64,000 nucleotides of DNA from Octopus sinensis. Lineage: Eukaryota. Shown here one piece after another: positions 12,571 to 24,654 of this stretch. Each line of letters starts with the position of its first letter. Position 1 is the stretch's first letter. The position numbers and the translations under genes were made by a program. The notes under the pieces are model-generated. The model did no database searches. It had not been told where the DNA came from and saw only the letters and a list, made by a program, of their open reading frames with translations. Location of the stretch: contig NC_043007.1 of assembly GCF_006345805.1 (NCBI RefSeq), forward strand, positions 16,492,001 to 16,556,000. Reading direction: 5' to 3'.

Positions 12571-13111
12571 AATAAATAAATAGAGTTAAACGCAGGTATA
12601 AATCAAATACTTTTACTTTCGACATAGGTTTCGAAGATTTCACTGATATATGTCGAAAGTAAAAGTATTTGATTTATACCTACGTTAGACTCCATTTATT
12701 TATTTATATATATTATACAAAAAATTCCATGTAAACACGAAGTTTCTACCTTCAAAAACAAGGAGTTACAACCTCTTTATTTGTGTGATTTTTTGCTACC
12801 CTGGTAACTGTTCATTTATTTTTTCCGTGTTAATTGTTAACAAGGCAAAAATACACTCATCTATTCATATATATATATATATTACAAATAAGAAAATGGA
12901 GGAACAGATTCCCTTCAATCATCGACTTACAGATATTACCAATTCATCTTATTTATTAACTACATAAATAGGAACATCCAAATCCAACAAAATAAAACAA
13001 TGTACATCAATAAGTAAGATAATACCATAAAAATAATGCACATAAAATGGATCTTACAGCTGTTTCAGCCTGTAGATAAAGGTTACACTCATAACCCCTA
13101 TCTCACTTTGT

Positions 13112-13143
<32 letters not shown>

Positions 13144-13291
13144 ACTTGCATTATTTGTTTGTCTGATTGATAAATAGGTTCCACTCCTGCTTTACAATTG
13201 AATTGAGAGGTTAGAATGAAGAGAAAAATTACACCTATCTTTAACTCTTTCAACACTATATTTCTACTGAACCACACTAATTATGTATTAA

Positions 13292-13494
13292 CCCTTTCAT
13301 TACCAACCCAGCTGAAACCGGCTCTGGCTCTGAATACGAACGTCTTGTTTTCATAAGTTTTGAATTAAAATCTTTTTACCGAACCTTAGTCACAATTTAT
13401 ATTCCTAACACTAGCTGAATGACAACTAAGTTATTTTACTAAAGTAATTGAAAGAAACACAGAGCATCTCAAAATAAATACAGTACTGAAAGGG
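13292..13494 (+). mobile_element. piggyBac-like MITE family A
   Basis: TTAA TSD, CCCTTT TIR. Confidence 0.85.
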
Positions 13495-15959
13495 TTAAAT
13501 GCATTGTAAAAAATACTTATGAATTAGAAAAGTTTTAGCAAAAAATAATTAACTTTTATTTTTTCCCATTTTTAATCTAGTGTTATAAGGTAGGGAGCTG
13601 GTGGAATCATTAGTGTGTCAGACAAGATGCCTAATAGCATTTCCTATGGTGTTTTATATTCTGAATTGAAATTCCATCAAGGCCAACTTTGCCTTTCATC
13701 ATTTTGTGAGTCAGTAAAATAACGAGTCAAGTGCTGGAGTCAATGTAGTTGTCTTGGCCCTTCCCCTCAAAATTTCTGATCTTGTGCCATAGTGAGAAAG
13801 AACTATCCATCTGGTATTTGAAACAACAAAAGATTCTTATATATAAAATTTTGTTGGCATGTTTTAATTTAAATATGAATACTTCAAAAGGACAGATTTT
13901 GAATTAGGAAACTAAAAGCAGTACGGGTGGCTTAGTAACAAAGGGTTTCAAATAAAACAATTGCTCCACTAATATGGAACCAGGAATTTGTGAAAGACAT
14001 TACACAAACACTGGTATACAAAAAAAAATAGATGTAAAAAAAGTGTTTGTTTGAAAATAGTTGTATAAGTACATCTAGACCAAGGTTTTATACTAGCATG
14101 GTTCTAGTAGATCACTAGTGTTCTTTGATTGTTTTGAAGCCATAATACAAGTCTAACTATATAGTTATCCTTAGACACACATCTAATAGATTCTAACTTA
14201 ATTGTATACTGAGCACTTTATTCTTTACTCGTAGAATATAAAAGAACATAACTATATTCTGCAAAGCATTTTATCCAGAATGCTTCCTATTCTGCTGTTC
14301 ACTCCTTTACTATTTCATAACAATAAAAGCAGTGAATTAGCAGAAAATGGTACAGGGTTCCTAATAGTATTTAGTCTCGTTCTTTAAATTTGAACAAGAC
14401 TAAATACTGAGTTCAAATCCTAGTTGGCAGGATCAGTAAAATAGTTTTTAGTCATATCATGGGACCAATCCAATCAACTATTATATTTGATCTCATATAA
14501 GACCAACTCCTTTCATAAAAAAAAATCACCCCAGGTCATTTTTGCAAAGTTGGGCCTTCCATAAGATTTAATGCATTAAAAACCTTTTCCCCGAATATCT
14601 GCTGTTGAAATTGGGGTGCATCTAATGTATCCATGCATTTTTTTTTTATGCTATCAAATATGATTTATACTCTTCCCTTGAACATGTCAGGCCTTGTTGA
14701 TGTTGGCTTGGCTGTGTGGTTAAGCAAATTGCTCTGCAATTATGTGGTTTCAGGTTTGATCCCACTGCACAGCACTATGGGCAAGTGGCTTTTATTATGG
14801 CTTCATGTCAACCAAAGAGTTGTGAGTGGAACTTGGTAGAGGGGAACAATAGAAAACCAATTGGAAGGACTATTCTTGCTTTTGATTGCTTGATTTAAAC
14901 ATCACAACCTTGGCTCTTGGGTGCCATTAGCAGAGTTTACTCTGTTGCTAACATTTTGGCCAGGTCTTGGTTTGACAATAACTTCCTTCCTTACTCCTAT
15001 CAGACACAGGGGTCATGAAAAGAGTCACAGGCACTGCTTTTCTTCCCCTCAGCCCTTAAAAAGTTAAAATACAAGAAATCCAGTTGGATCTTTAGAGAGG
15101 CAGACAAACTGCTTTGTTCCTTTACATTCTGTGCTCAAATCCTGCCACAGTCATGTTGGCCTTTCATCCTTCTGGGGTCAATACCATCAAGTACTAATCA
15201 AGGATAAGATTTGATATAATTATCTATGACAGACATGTCCTGCAAATTTTAGGCCTTGGGTTATATATTAGAAACAGTTAGGATACAAGACAGGGAAATG
15301 CTTAATCATTCTCAGTTCAAATCATGTTGGGGCCATCTTCACATTTTATTCCTCCAGGGTCAATTAATTAAGTACCAGTTTTACACTGGTGTCATTTCAG
15401 TCTGTTATATTTCTCTCTTGAACATCTCTGGATTTCTGACTGTTTGCTGTGAATTTGAAAAGAAAAAAAATATCATAATTATGTATCATTATCTTTTCAG
15501 CTTCTGAATATTTCAATGATGTATTCACAGGAAATATTATATCATCTATCATTGTCATTTTAATTATATCGTTATATGATATCCATCATGTTTAATTGTT
15601 GCTGATAATGTTTTTGCTATTACTTCTGTAAATCCAGAAGTGATTACTGTTTTTTTTCTTTCTTGTCTGCCTGTTGATTAACGAGGCCAAATGTGTATAT
15701 TGAATTTCAATATAGACTGTGGTATTAATTTATGATTTAAATAGAATTATTTAGTCAGTACACAAAAATTTTAATATTTAATTTAAAATATCAATCATAT
15801 TTTATTAATTTGATATCAGAGCTTGGATATGAATATGATATAATTTGATTAAATATTAACTGTATGCAATTGATATACACTTGATAAGCTATGTAATATG
15901 AATTAATTTGATAAGTCATGCATAATGTAAATAATTTTTAATACCTTATTGTCAACACA

Positions 15960-16264
15960 CATACATACATGCATATATATATATCTATATATATATATAT
16001 ATAGATACACATATATATCTATATATATATACATATATATCTATATATATATATACACATATATCTATCTATCTATATATATATATATATATATTATAGA
16101 TACACATATGTATCTATCTATCTGTATATATATATATAAACTTGTATGTATATATATATATATATTATATATATATATATAGATACACATATATATCTAT
16201 CTGTATATATATATATATAAACTTGTATGTGTATGTATATATATATATATAACTTGTATGTATG

Positions 16265-16296
<32 letters not shown>

Positions 16297-16440
16297 AACT
16301 TGTATGTATGTATATATATTATATATATATATAACTTGTATATATATATATATATATATATATAGATATATATATATATATAGATACACATATATATCTA
16401 TCTATCTATCTGTATATATATATATATAAACTTGTATGTA
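15960..16440. repeat. Compound TA microsatellite with repeated aacttgta units
   Basis: Directly visible; ends about 55 nt before the 16497 acceptor. Confidence 0.95.
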
Positions 16441-16496
16441 TGTGTACAGAATGTTATTCTGTTTCGTTGTTAATACATCTCTTCTGCTGTTTTCAG

Positions 16497-16555
16497 AGTT
16501 TCAGTTTGAAGGTTTCGGAATTGAGGCTTGTCGTAGCATGGTTGCAATGCACGAT
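16497..16555 (+). CDS. CAPN: Calpain PEF exon (EF2 entry helix)
   Basis: tttcag acceptor; completes phase-1 codon, reads (E)FQFEGFGIEACRSMVAMHD; calpain motif F..E.CRSMV; followed by the U12 donor GTATCCTTT. Confidence 0.95.
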
Positions 16556-17081
16556 GTATCCTTTTTCAAAGAGTAGATTTTAATTTTATTTCTTTATACT
16601 CTGACTGACCCCCCCCCCCTCTGGTCTTCGGTTCGTGAGTGTCCTCTATACATCATAGCAATATCTACATCATCAATCAACCTGCTAGAAATATCAGTCA
16701 AGTCACCCTATTATACAATATTTTTATTTTTAAAAAAATAAGGAAACATTGGATAATGTAGTGCTGCCACACTGTGTGAAAAAAAGATGGGATAGTCATG
16801 GTTGGAATACCATCTGCAATGTTAGGGTAACATTGGGCTAAATAAGAATAATAACATAGATCATGTAGTGTTATATAAGTGATATATTCTCTTCTCTCTT
16901 ATATAAATGTACTTTTACAGTTATAAGTGGTTTAACTGCTATTTCTAGCAATATATGTGATGACTAAATTTTGCCCATACAGTTTATATTGCATCCAGCT
17001 GCCCACATTAATTTTATACTAAATAATTTGGCATTTCACTAAATCAGCCATAAATACATATGTCAAATATATATATATATA

Positions 17082-17460
17082 GGCGTAGGAGTGGCTGTGT
17101 GGTAAGTAGCTTGCTTACCAACCACATGGTTCTGGGTTCAGTCCCACTGCGTGGCATCTTGGGCAGGTGTCTTCTGCTATAGCCTTGTGAGTGGATTTGA
17201 TAGACGGAAACTGAAAGAAGCCCATCGTATATATGTATATATATATGTGTGCATATATGTTTGTGTGTCTGTGTTTGTCACCCCAACATCACTTGACAAC
17301 CGATGCTGGTGTGTTTACGTCTCCGTAACTTAGCGGTTTGGCAAAAGAGACCAATAGAATAAGTACTAGGCTTACAAAGAATAGGTCCTGGGGTCGATTT
17401 GCTCGACTAAAGGCGGTGCTCCAGCATGGCCACAGTCAAATGACTGAAACAAGTAAAAGA
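17082..17460 (+). mobile_element. tRNA-derived SINE S1 (central TA/TG tract)
   Basis: Head ggcgtaggagtggctgtgtggtaag...ggttcagtccc; tail ...tgactgaaacaagtaaaagag; many copies in the window. Confidence 0.9.
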
Positions 17461-17963
17461 GTATATATACTCCATGGAAGTGATGGAGGCACACTTTTCA
17501 CAATTCCCTTTAGGATGAAACTGTCCAGTCCAATGTTGTAATTTTGCTTCACTCATGGAAAAGTTATCTACCCTATCAGTATATATAAATGTGCTTTTAT
17601 GCATCTATAAGTGGTTTAACTGGTATTTCTAGCAATATATGTACTTGTAGCACAAACCATCACAATTAGTGACAACTAAATTTTGCCTACATGGTTTATA
17701 TTGTGCCCAGCTGCCCACATTAATTTTATATATGATCCTGCCAGTGAAAGTGCCACTTAAAAACATACAATCCACACTGTAAAGTGGTTGGCATTTGGAG
17801 GGGCATCCAGGTGTGAAACCCATGCCAAAACAGACACAGAAGCATGGCGCAGGCTACTGGATGGCCAGCTCCTGTCAAACCATCCAACACATGCCAGCAT
17901 GGAAGAAGAACATTAAACAATGAAGATGATACATATATATAAACAGTGGTTTACTATAGTTCC

Positions 17964-18475
17964 CTATTCCTTTATTGCCCACAAGGGGCTAAATATAGAG
18001 GGGACAAACAAGGACAGACAAAGAGACTAAGTCGATTACATTCACCCCAGTGCGTAACTGGTACTTAATTTATCGACCCCAAAAGGATGAAAGGCAAAGT
18101 CGACCTTGGCTGAATTTGAACTCTGAACATAACGGCAGACAAATACTGCTAAGGTTTTCGCCCGGTGTGCTAATGTTTCTGCCAGCTCACCGCCTTAAGA
18201 TGAGAAGATTAGAAACATTTCGCCTGGCATGCTAACGTTTCTTATTTCTGTACTGCCAACAAGGGGCTACACACAGAGGGGACAAACAAGGACAGACAAA
18301 GGGATTAAGTCGATTATATCGACCCTAGTGTGTAACTAGTTCTTAATTTATCCGCCCCGAAAGGATGAAAGGCAAAGTTGACCTCGGTGGAATTTGAACT
18401 CAGAACATAACAGCAGACAAAATACCGCTAAGCATTTCGCCCAGCGTGCTAACATTTCTGCCAGCTTGCCATCTT
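17964..18475 (-). mobile_element. Tandem dimer of SINE S4 inside one 13-bp TSD
   Basis: Monomers 17964-18196 and 18243-18475; gtttactatagtt at 17949-17961 and 18477-18489. Confidence 0.85.
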
Positions 18476-19360
18476 AGTTTACTATAGTTTCCATCTACCA
18501 AATTTCCCCCAGAAAGTATAAGCATCGGCAAACCAAAGGTTATTGCAGAAGACACACAGTGAGGTCAAACCTACGACCCTGTAGTTGCCAAATAAACTTG
18601 ACAACAGGTTTATCCCTTCTCTCGTATGATAATTATCCTAATGATCTTATAACAATTTTTCTCGAAAATTTAATTAGTGATCTTAGCCTTGAGAGAAATC
18701 AATTTGGTACAGACAAAAACTTAATGCAGCATTAATTATATAAGTCTTTGCTGCTGTTGGTGAGATAATTATACTTCCATATAAGGAAAACCTGTAATCT
18801 TATACAGAATTAATTAATTCAATTATACTGTGCATTATGAAATTAATGATACATTACTCATAATTGCTACACCCAACCTCATCAGCTGCCAAAAAATTAA
18901 TACATCATTAATAATAATTTTCTGAAGTAAATATTGGTTTCAAATCTTTGCACAAGGCCGGCAGTACAGGTATTTATTTCATTGACCCTGAGGGGATGGA
19001 AGGCAAAAGTTGATTTTGGCAGAATTTGAACTCAGATCACAAGGACAGATGAAATACCAATTAGTACATGATAAAGTCCCCTGACACAACAGACCCCTTG
19101 AAAGCATCCAATCCATGCATGTATAGAAGCTAAACATCATCATCATCATCATTTGACATCCAATGTCCATGCTGGCAGTTGTAGTGATGGTGGTGGTGGA
19201 AGCAGAGACATGACCAATCAACTATTCCATTTCTTTCTTTACGGGGAAACTATGGAACCTTGGGGACAAGTATAGCTGTTATTTAAAATATTTTGATTTA
19301 TTTTTGTTTTTATGTTATTTTCTAAAAGTTACCAGAATTTGTCCTTAACATAACTCTCAG

Positions 19361-19429
19361 GGTGACATGTCTGGAAAACTGGGATTTGTGGAATTCAAAA
19401 CTCTTTGGAAAGATCTTCGCAGATGGAAG
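19361..19429 (+). CDS. CAPN: Calpain PEF exon (EF2 loop)
   Basis: 69 nt, GDMSGKLGFVEFKTLWKDLRRWK; canonical EF loop D-GDMSGKLGFVE; donor AG|gtatgt. Confidence 0.96.
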
Positions 19430-19482
19430 GTATGTTACACGTTAAGAAAAATATATATAATATGTTGTATACTTGTGTGATG

Positions 19483-19867
19483 GTGGAGGCGCAATGGCCC
19501 AGTGGTTAGGGCAGCGGACTCGCGGTTGTAGGATCGCGGTTTCGATTCCTAGACCGGGCGTTGTGAGTGTTTATTGAGCGAAAACACCTAAAAGCTCCAC
19601 GAGGCTCTGGCAGGGGATGGTGGTGATCCCTGCTGTACTCTTTCACCACAACTTTCTCTCACTCTTACTTCCTGTTTCTGTTGTATCTGTATTTCAAAGG
19701 GCCAGCCTTGTCACTCTCTGTGTCACGCTGAATATCCCCGAGAACTACGTTAAGGGTACACGTGTCTGTGGAGTGCTCAGCCACTTACACGTTAATTTCA
19801 CGAGCAGGCTGTTCCGTTGATTCGGATCAACCGGAACCCTCGTCGTCGTAACCGACGGAGTGCTTCC
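19483..19867 (+). mobile_element. tRNA-derived SINE S2, full length with 12-bp TSD
   Basis: A/B boxes; TSD acttgtgtgatg at 19471-19482 and 19868-19879. Confidence 0.92.
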
Positions 19868-20144
19868 ACTTGTGTGATGTCACACCTTGATGACAAGGTG
19901 TGACATAGTTAAGTGAAAGTGTATGATAGCATTATATAAAAGCATATGATATACTCTGGCAATACTTTTCTAGTACCCCTTTCTCACTTTGTGGAGCTTG
20001 TCGATGTTCATAGTCTTCTGGAACATTTCATGTTGACAATCTGAACATCTCCATCTCCTTCAAACTTATCTCAAATTCAAGTGATGGTAAGTTACATAGG
20101 GAGATGTATTTAAAACTCCCCACTATACTGTCTTTGTACTTTAA

Positions 20145-20356
20145 CCCTTTAGTGTTCACATTGTTCTGCCAAAATTAATCCTTTTTTATCCACATTGTTT
20201 TGAACTAGTCATGCATTAATCTTGTAGCTATGAGATTTTGATGAGGTAGCTGTTAATTTTTAAAACGATATTGTAGGGTTGGTGTGAGAGACCAGATATG
20301 GCTAGTTTGAACATAAAACAGGCAGAACACTTTTGGCCGGTTTAAATGCTAAAGGG
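20145..20356 (+). mobile_element. piggyBac-like MITE family B
   Basis: TTAA|CCCTTTAG ... CTAAAGGG|TTAA. Confidence 0.87.
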
Positions 20357-21565
20357 TTAAATGCATTTTCAAACTACCAATATATATATGTATATATATA
20401 TAGTGTCTAGTTTGGGGGGAGTTTCAGTGGTATACACACACACCTAAATATATGAATGTGATATACAAAATATTTATATGAAAGCTTTCAGTGTCAATAT
20501 ATGAAGGTATGAGATAAATGAAAGTATGTGGTGTGGTCAGATGATAATACGTGATGTATTATAAATAGCTGTGGGATATGTTATACAAACATGTGATACG
20601 TCCTTGTTGTTTAGCTCAAAGTTAGCCCTCATCAAGTAGATGTATAGCATATATGTTACATGGAAGTATGTGTTGTGTGAAGGTGTGTGATATGTACATG
20701 TGCTGCATAGTTGTTATTGCTGTTCTTGTTGTTGTTTAACCTTGAGTTAGCCCTGATGAAGCAAAACTATGGATGGCCAAAGGAGTTCTAATTTCGATTA
20801 TCCCATCTTTTCTGTATATCTAAGACATTTTCTAATGCATCCTTCACTTTTTAAGCCAATTGGCTGTTATTTGAGGATGGTGTGACTCTTCTATCTAGTG
20901 GGTCAGGCGACCACATAGAGAGTCTCTTGTCAGCTCATTACATTATAACATTTTATAGTTATGTATAGCATTATATATGAAAGTGGAGGGAAGATCCAGG
21001 AAGACATGGAACAAAGTATTGAGCCTTACAAAGGAGATGGCAGGGGACCAAGATATGTGGCATATCGCTGTACTCAAGAAAACCTGCCCATCACAACAGA
21101 ACTGAGATCCTATAACCAAGGTGCCACATGAAAACCACTGGTGCTTGTGCCATGTAAAAAAACACCCAGTACACTCTGTAAAGTGCTTGGCATTAGGGAG
21201 GGCATCCAGCTGTAGAAGCCAAGCCAAATCAGACTATGGAACCTGGTGAAGCCCTTGGTCTTACCAGTTCTTGTCAACCCATGTCAGCAGGGAAACCAGA
21301 TGCTAAATATTGATGTTGATAGTGATGATGAACATTATATAGTTATATATAACATTATGTATTATAGCATTATACGGTTATAAGGTGTGTGTGTGTGTGT
21401 GATGTACTTTCATAGTAATGTGGTTAAGAATTTCCCTTTGGAATCATATGACTTAGGAATACTAAGCATTATAGAATTAAAGAACAGTCAGGTATCCTTT
21501 AAGACTTTCCCGAAATATAAAGAAAATGACATTTATCTATTGTATTTTTTCATCTTCATTTTCAG

Positions 21566-21644
21566 TCTGTTTTCAAAGACTTTGATGCAGATAAAAGTGG
21601 AAATCTGAATTCTCATGAACTCCGTAACGCACTGCACAGTGCTG
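21566..21644 (+). CDS. CAPN: Calpain PEF exon (EF3)
   Basis: 79 nt, SVFKDFDADKSGNLNSHELRNALHSA(G); ttcag acceptor, G|gtaagt donor. Confidence 0.96.
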
Positions 21645-21779
21645 GTAAGTAAACATTTATTTTATATTCTGAAGCAATTTATGATACACATAGTTATTTA
21701 CTCATTGATTCATATAAGGAATTAATCTAATTAACATATGGTTCAAGTAACTAAACACCTCTTATTACTTAATTATTTA

Positions 21780-22000
21780 AGACCCATGTTCCCTATGGAA
21801 CATTGACCATCGGCAACTTTTCTCCTCTGCCCTCAACTCTGGGCTATCTTTTCTGCTTTCTTCAGCTCTGCCTCAGTATCTTGCTTCCAGCTGTTACAAT
21901 GTCCTCCCTTCTGCCTCCCCTGTGGGTTCTTGGTCAGAGGCCTGACATATAACGCAGGATGTTGGTTTCCTTAAGATGTGGTCTACCCAACCTTTCAGAT
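21780..22000 (-). mobile_element. RTE-clade LINE, 3' fossil
   Basis: Frameshifted WVDHILRKPTSCVICQA / LTKNPQGRQKGG resembles the RTE C-terminal WIGHTLRKP...ALTWNPQGKRKRG motif. Confidence 0.6.
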
Positions 22001-22257
22001 TTTGTTTCCCTGTGAGATGTCTCTTTGGTTTTGAATTGTTATCAATCCTTCAGCAACTTTACTTTTTTTCTAGCTAGAGCCATTATCTTTATCCAAATTC
22101 ATTCCTACCTCTGGGTAGGAATAATAAAATATGAGAATCAGACTAGGTTGGAATTTTATTGATCAATATATTTCTATACACAATCATACAAACTCAGATA
22201 TCTATCTATCATTCTATTTATCTATCCCTCCTTCTATATATATATATATATATATAT

Positions 22258-22500
22258 GGCACGTAAAAAGCACCATCCGATCATGGCCGTTTGCCAGCCT
22301 CGTCTGGCACCTGTACCGGTGGCACATAAAAAGCACCCACTACACTCACAGAGTGGTTGGCGTTAGGAAGGGCATCCAGCTGTAGAAACACTGCCAGATC
22401 AGACTGGGCCTGGTGCAGCCTTCTGGCTTCCCAAACCCCAGTCAAACCGTTCAACCCATGCTAGCATGGAAAGCGGACGTTAAACGATGATGATGATGAT
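22258..22500 (+). mobile_element. SINE S3
   Basis: Same core and tail. Further degenerate copies: 17737-17930(+), 21040-21330(+), 24191-24356(-), 42505-42555(+), 46906-47190(-), 56340-56450(-). Confidence 0.85.
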
Positions 22501-22589
22501 ATATATATGGCTCAGTGGTTAGAGTGTCGGACCCTCAATCATGAAGTAATGAGTTCAATTCCCCCATACTGTGCTCTTGAATTCATTCA

Positions 22590-22942
22590 ATCTATAATAT
22601 AAATTGGAAATGGGCGATTGTTGTATTCTTTCTTGTCTTGAGGTTCACAGCCAAACGGCTGGGGGGATTCGCGTGAAAAAGGGCACACATGTGGAGATGG
22701 GTGCATAGATTGGAATGCAGTTTGTATTTTTTTCCTAGCCCCCATACTTACTGAGAAAATCGATCTGAAGCTGTTTTCTGACAGGGTGGGCCAGGAAATT
22801 TTCATACAGCTGGAGGCTCCAATCGGAACAGGGGACCCGAAATGATAAGGTTGAGAAACGCTGTTATAGATTATGCCTAACCGAAAACGATCAAAGAGAC
22901 ATCATCCAAACAGACCGGGTGAAACCAGGCTTAGCTGCTAGT
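22590..22942 (-). mobile_element. Non-autonomous Helitron/Helentron-like element
   Basis: Begins ACTAGCAG plus a GC hairpin, ends TTTATATTATAGAT on the minus strand; classification inferred from terminal architecture. Confidence 0.55.
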
Positions 22943-23004
22943 ATATATATATATATATATATATATACGTGTGTGTATTAATCATATTTTCTATTATATT
23001 TCAG

Positions 23005-23121
23005 GATTTAGATTGAGTAACAATAACTTCCAAGCGCTGGTAATGCGGTACAGTAATGAGGATGGTTCAATCTCATTTGTGGACTTCATTGTGTGTGCTA
23101 TTCGTCTGAAATCAATGCTCA
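23005..23121 (+). CDS. CAPN: Calpain PEF exon (EF4)
   Basis: 117 nt, (G)FRLSNNNFQALVMRYSNEDGSISFVDFIVCAIRLKSML; tttcag acceptor, A|gtaagt donor. Confidence 0.96.
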
Positions 23122-23223
23122 GTAAGTTAACGTTTCTTCACTTACATGTCTTTAAGTCATAATGGTTTACATCTGCCCCCTGACCCAGCAAATAAGAAAA
23201 ATGCAATTAACCTTTACTGTACA

Positions 23224-23620
23224 ACTAGCAGTATAGCCCAGCATTGCTCGGGCTTGTTTTCTTTTCGACCCTTTAGAATTGAAATTTTTGAAAAGTAAAA
23301 ATTTTGCATTATGTAGCTTATTATTCTCTTTGATTCAACATTTTTCTGGTTGAAATACACCGAAAAATGGCGACACAACAGTCAAAAAATCGTAAAAACT
23401 AGGGATTTTCATAGAAAAAAAAGCACCTTTTTGATGTAAATAATTTTTGGTGTTAACATGGTCTGATTTGAATTTTTTCTTCTACGGAAGGAAGAGCAAG
23501 CTTTCTTCTATCATACTCTCAATTTTGGTCAACTTGTGCCGCAGGGTCTTGGAGGAGATAGTGTTAGTTGAAGGCTACCAAACCTGCCATACACAGACAA
23601 TTTCAGCTTTATATATAGAG
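23224..23620 (+). mobile_element. Non-autonomous Helitron/Helentron-like element
   Basis: ACTAGCAG...gcccagcattgctcgggc ... ctttatatatagag; close paralog at 31250-31635. Confidence 0.65.
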
Positions 23621-23642
23621 AGAGATTTGGGTTTTAAGAATT

Positions 23643-24039
23643 ACTAGCACTATGAACTGGTGTTGCCCGGTCTAGTGCTAGTGCTTGTTGTTTGTTGCTG
23701 GGTCACAGTAAAAATTTCTCACTAAATCAAGAGCTAAGTTTCTTATCACATTTCAGCCCGGGGCCAGTTTTGTTGTATATGAGCTAGTTGAACTTTTTAT
23801 GAAATTAATTAATATTCATTGGACTTTGGCAGTGCCCATAACTTATGAGCATAAGGGGTCGGTTTATCGATTTTTTTTAATGGCTTTCTGGGGTGGCTGG
23901 GGAAATGAAAAGATCTTCACGTCCACCCTCAGACAGTTTTGAAAGACCATAGAAAATGTGAGCCTTTTATGTGAAAAACTGTGGATTTGTATAAAGGACA
24001 CACAGACATTTTGCCGTTTATAAACATAGAGATTAATAT
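23643..24039 (+). mobile_element. Non-autonomous Helitron/Helentron-like element, different body
   Basis: ACTAGCAC start, tttataaacatagagat end. Confidence 0.55.
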
Positions 24040-24110
24040 ATTTGGGTTTTGAGAATTTTTTAAGATCTTCACTTCTATTTTTACATGTATTTTTGTATAT
24101 CTCTTTTCAG

Positions 24111-24169
24111 CTTCATTTGCTACCTATGATACAGGAAAAACTGGAGTCATCGCTCTCTCTGCCAATAAT
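24111..24169 (+). CDS. CAPN: Calpain PEF exon (EF5)
   Basis: 59 nt, (T)SFATYDTGKTGVIALSANN; ttttcag acceptor, gtaagt donor. Confidence 0.93.
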
Positions 24170-24654
24170 GTAAGTTTTTTTTTTTACTGATCATCATCAT
24201 CATTTAACATTAGTATTTCATTCTGGCATGGGTTGAATGGTTTGACAAAATCCAAGACAGAGGACTGCGTTGAGCTCCATGCCTGATTTGGCATGGTTTC
24301 TATGGCTAGATGCCCTTCCTAATGCCAACCACTTTTCAGAGTGTACTAGGTGCTTTAAGATCCCTTGATGTGAGAGGATGTTGAGAGAATTGGCTTTTGC
24401 CAGGTGTTGAGCAACAGGAGTATGATAGAGAGATGGGAATAGGTATCTACCCCAGTTGGAGAAAATCTTATAGTAATGAGCTGTGAGGACATACCCGCAA
24501 GTTACAAGAGTGTGAATATGAAGAGAATGGGGACAGAGGAATAGGTGAAAGGGATAGGGGTAGAGGCTCGGGCAAGTTCACAAGAGTATTAGGTGAGCAA
24601 CAGCTGGCTAGAGGGAGGGAATATAAATGATACAATGAACGGTAAGCTCCCTCT

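Larger units (their letters stand above)
16556..19360 (+). other. U12-type (minor spliceosome) GT-AG intron
   Basis: 5' site GTATCCTTTT; branch site TCCTTAAC at 19342-19349, about 12 nt from the AG at 19359-19360; no real polypyrimidine tract. Confidence 0.95.

Noticed and set aside
22505-22580. tRNA-like A box/B box sequence
   Set aside because: SINE head truncated by the adjacent element; no full cloverleaf or acceptor stem. The same applies to all S1/S2 heads.
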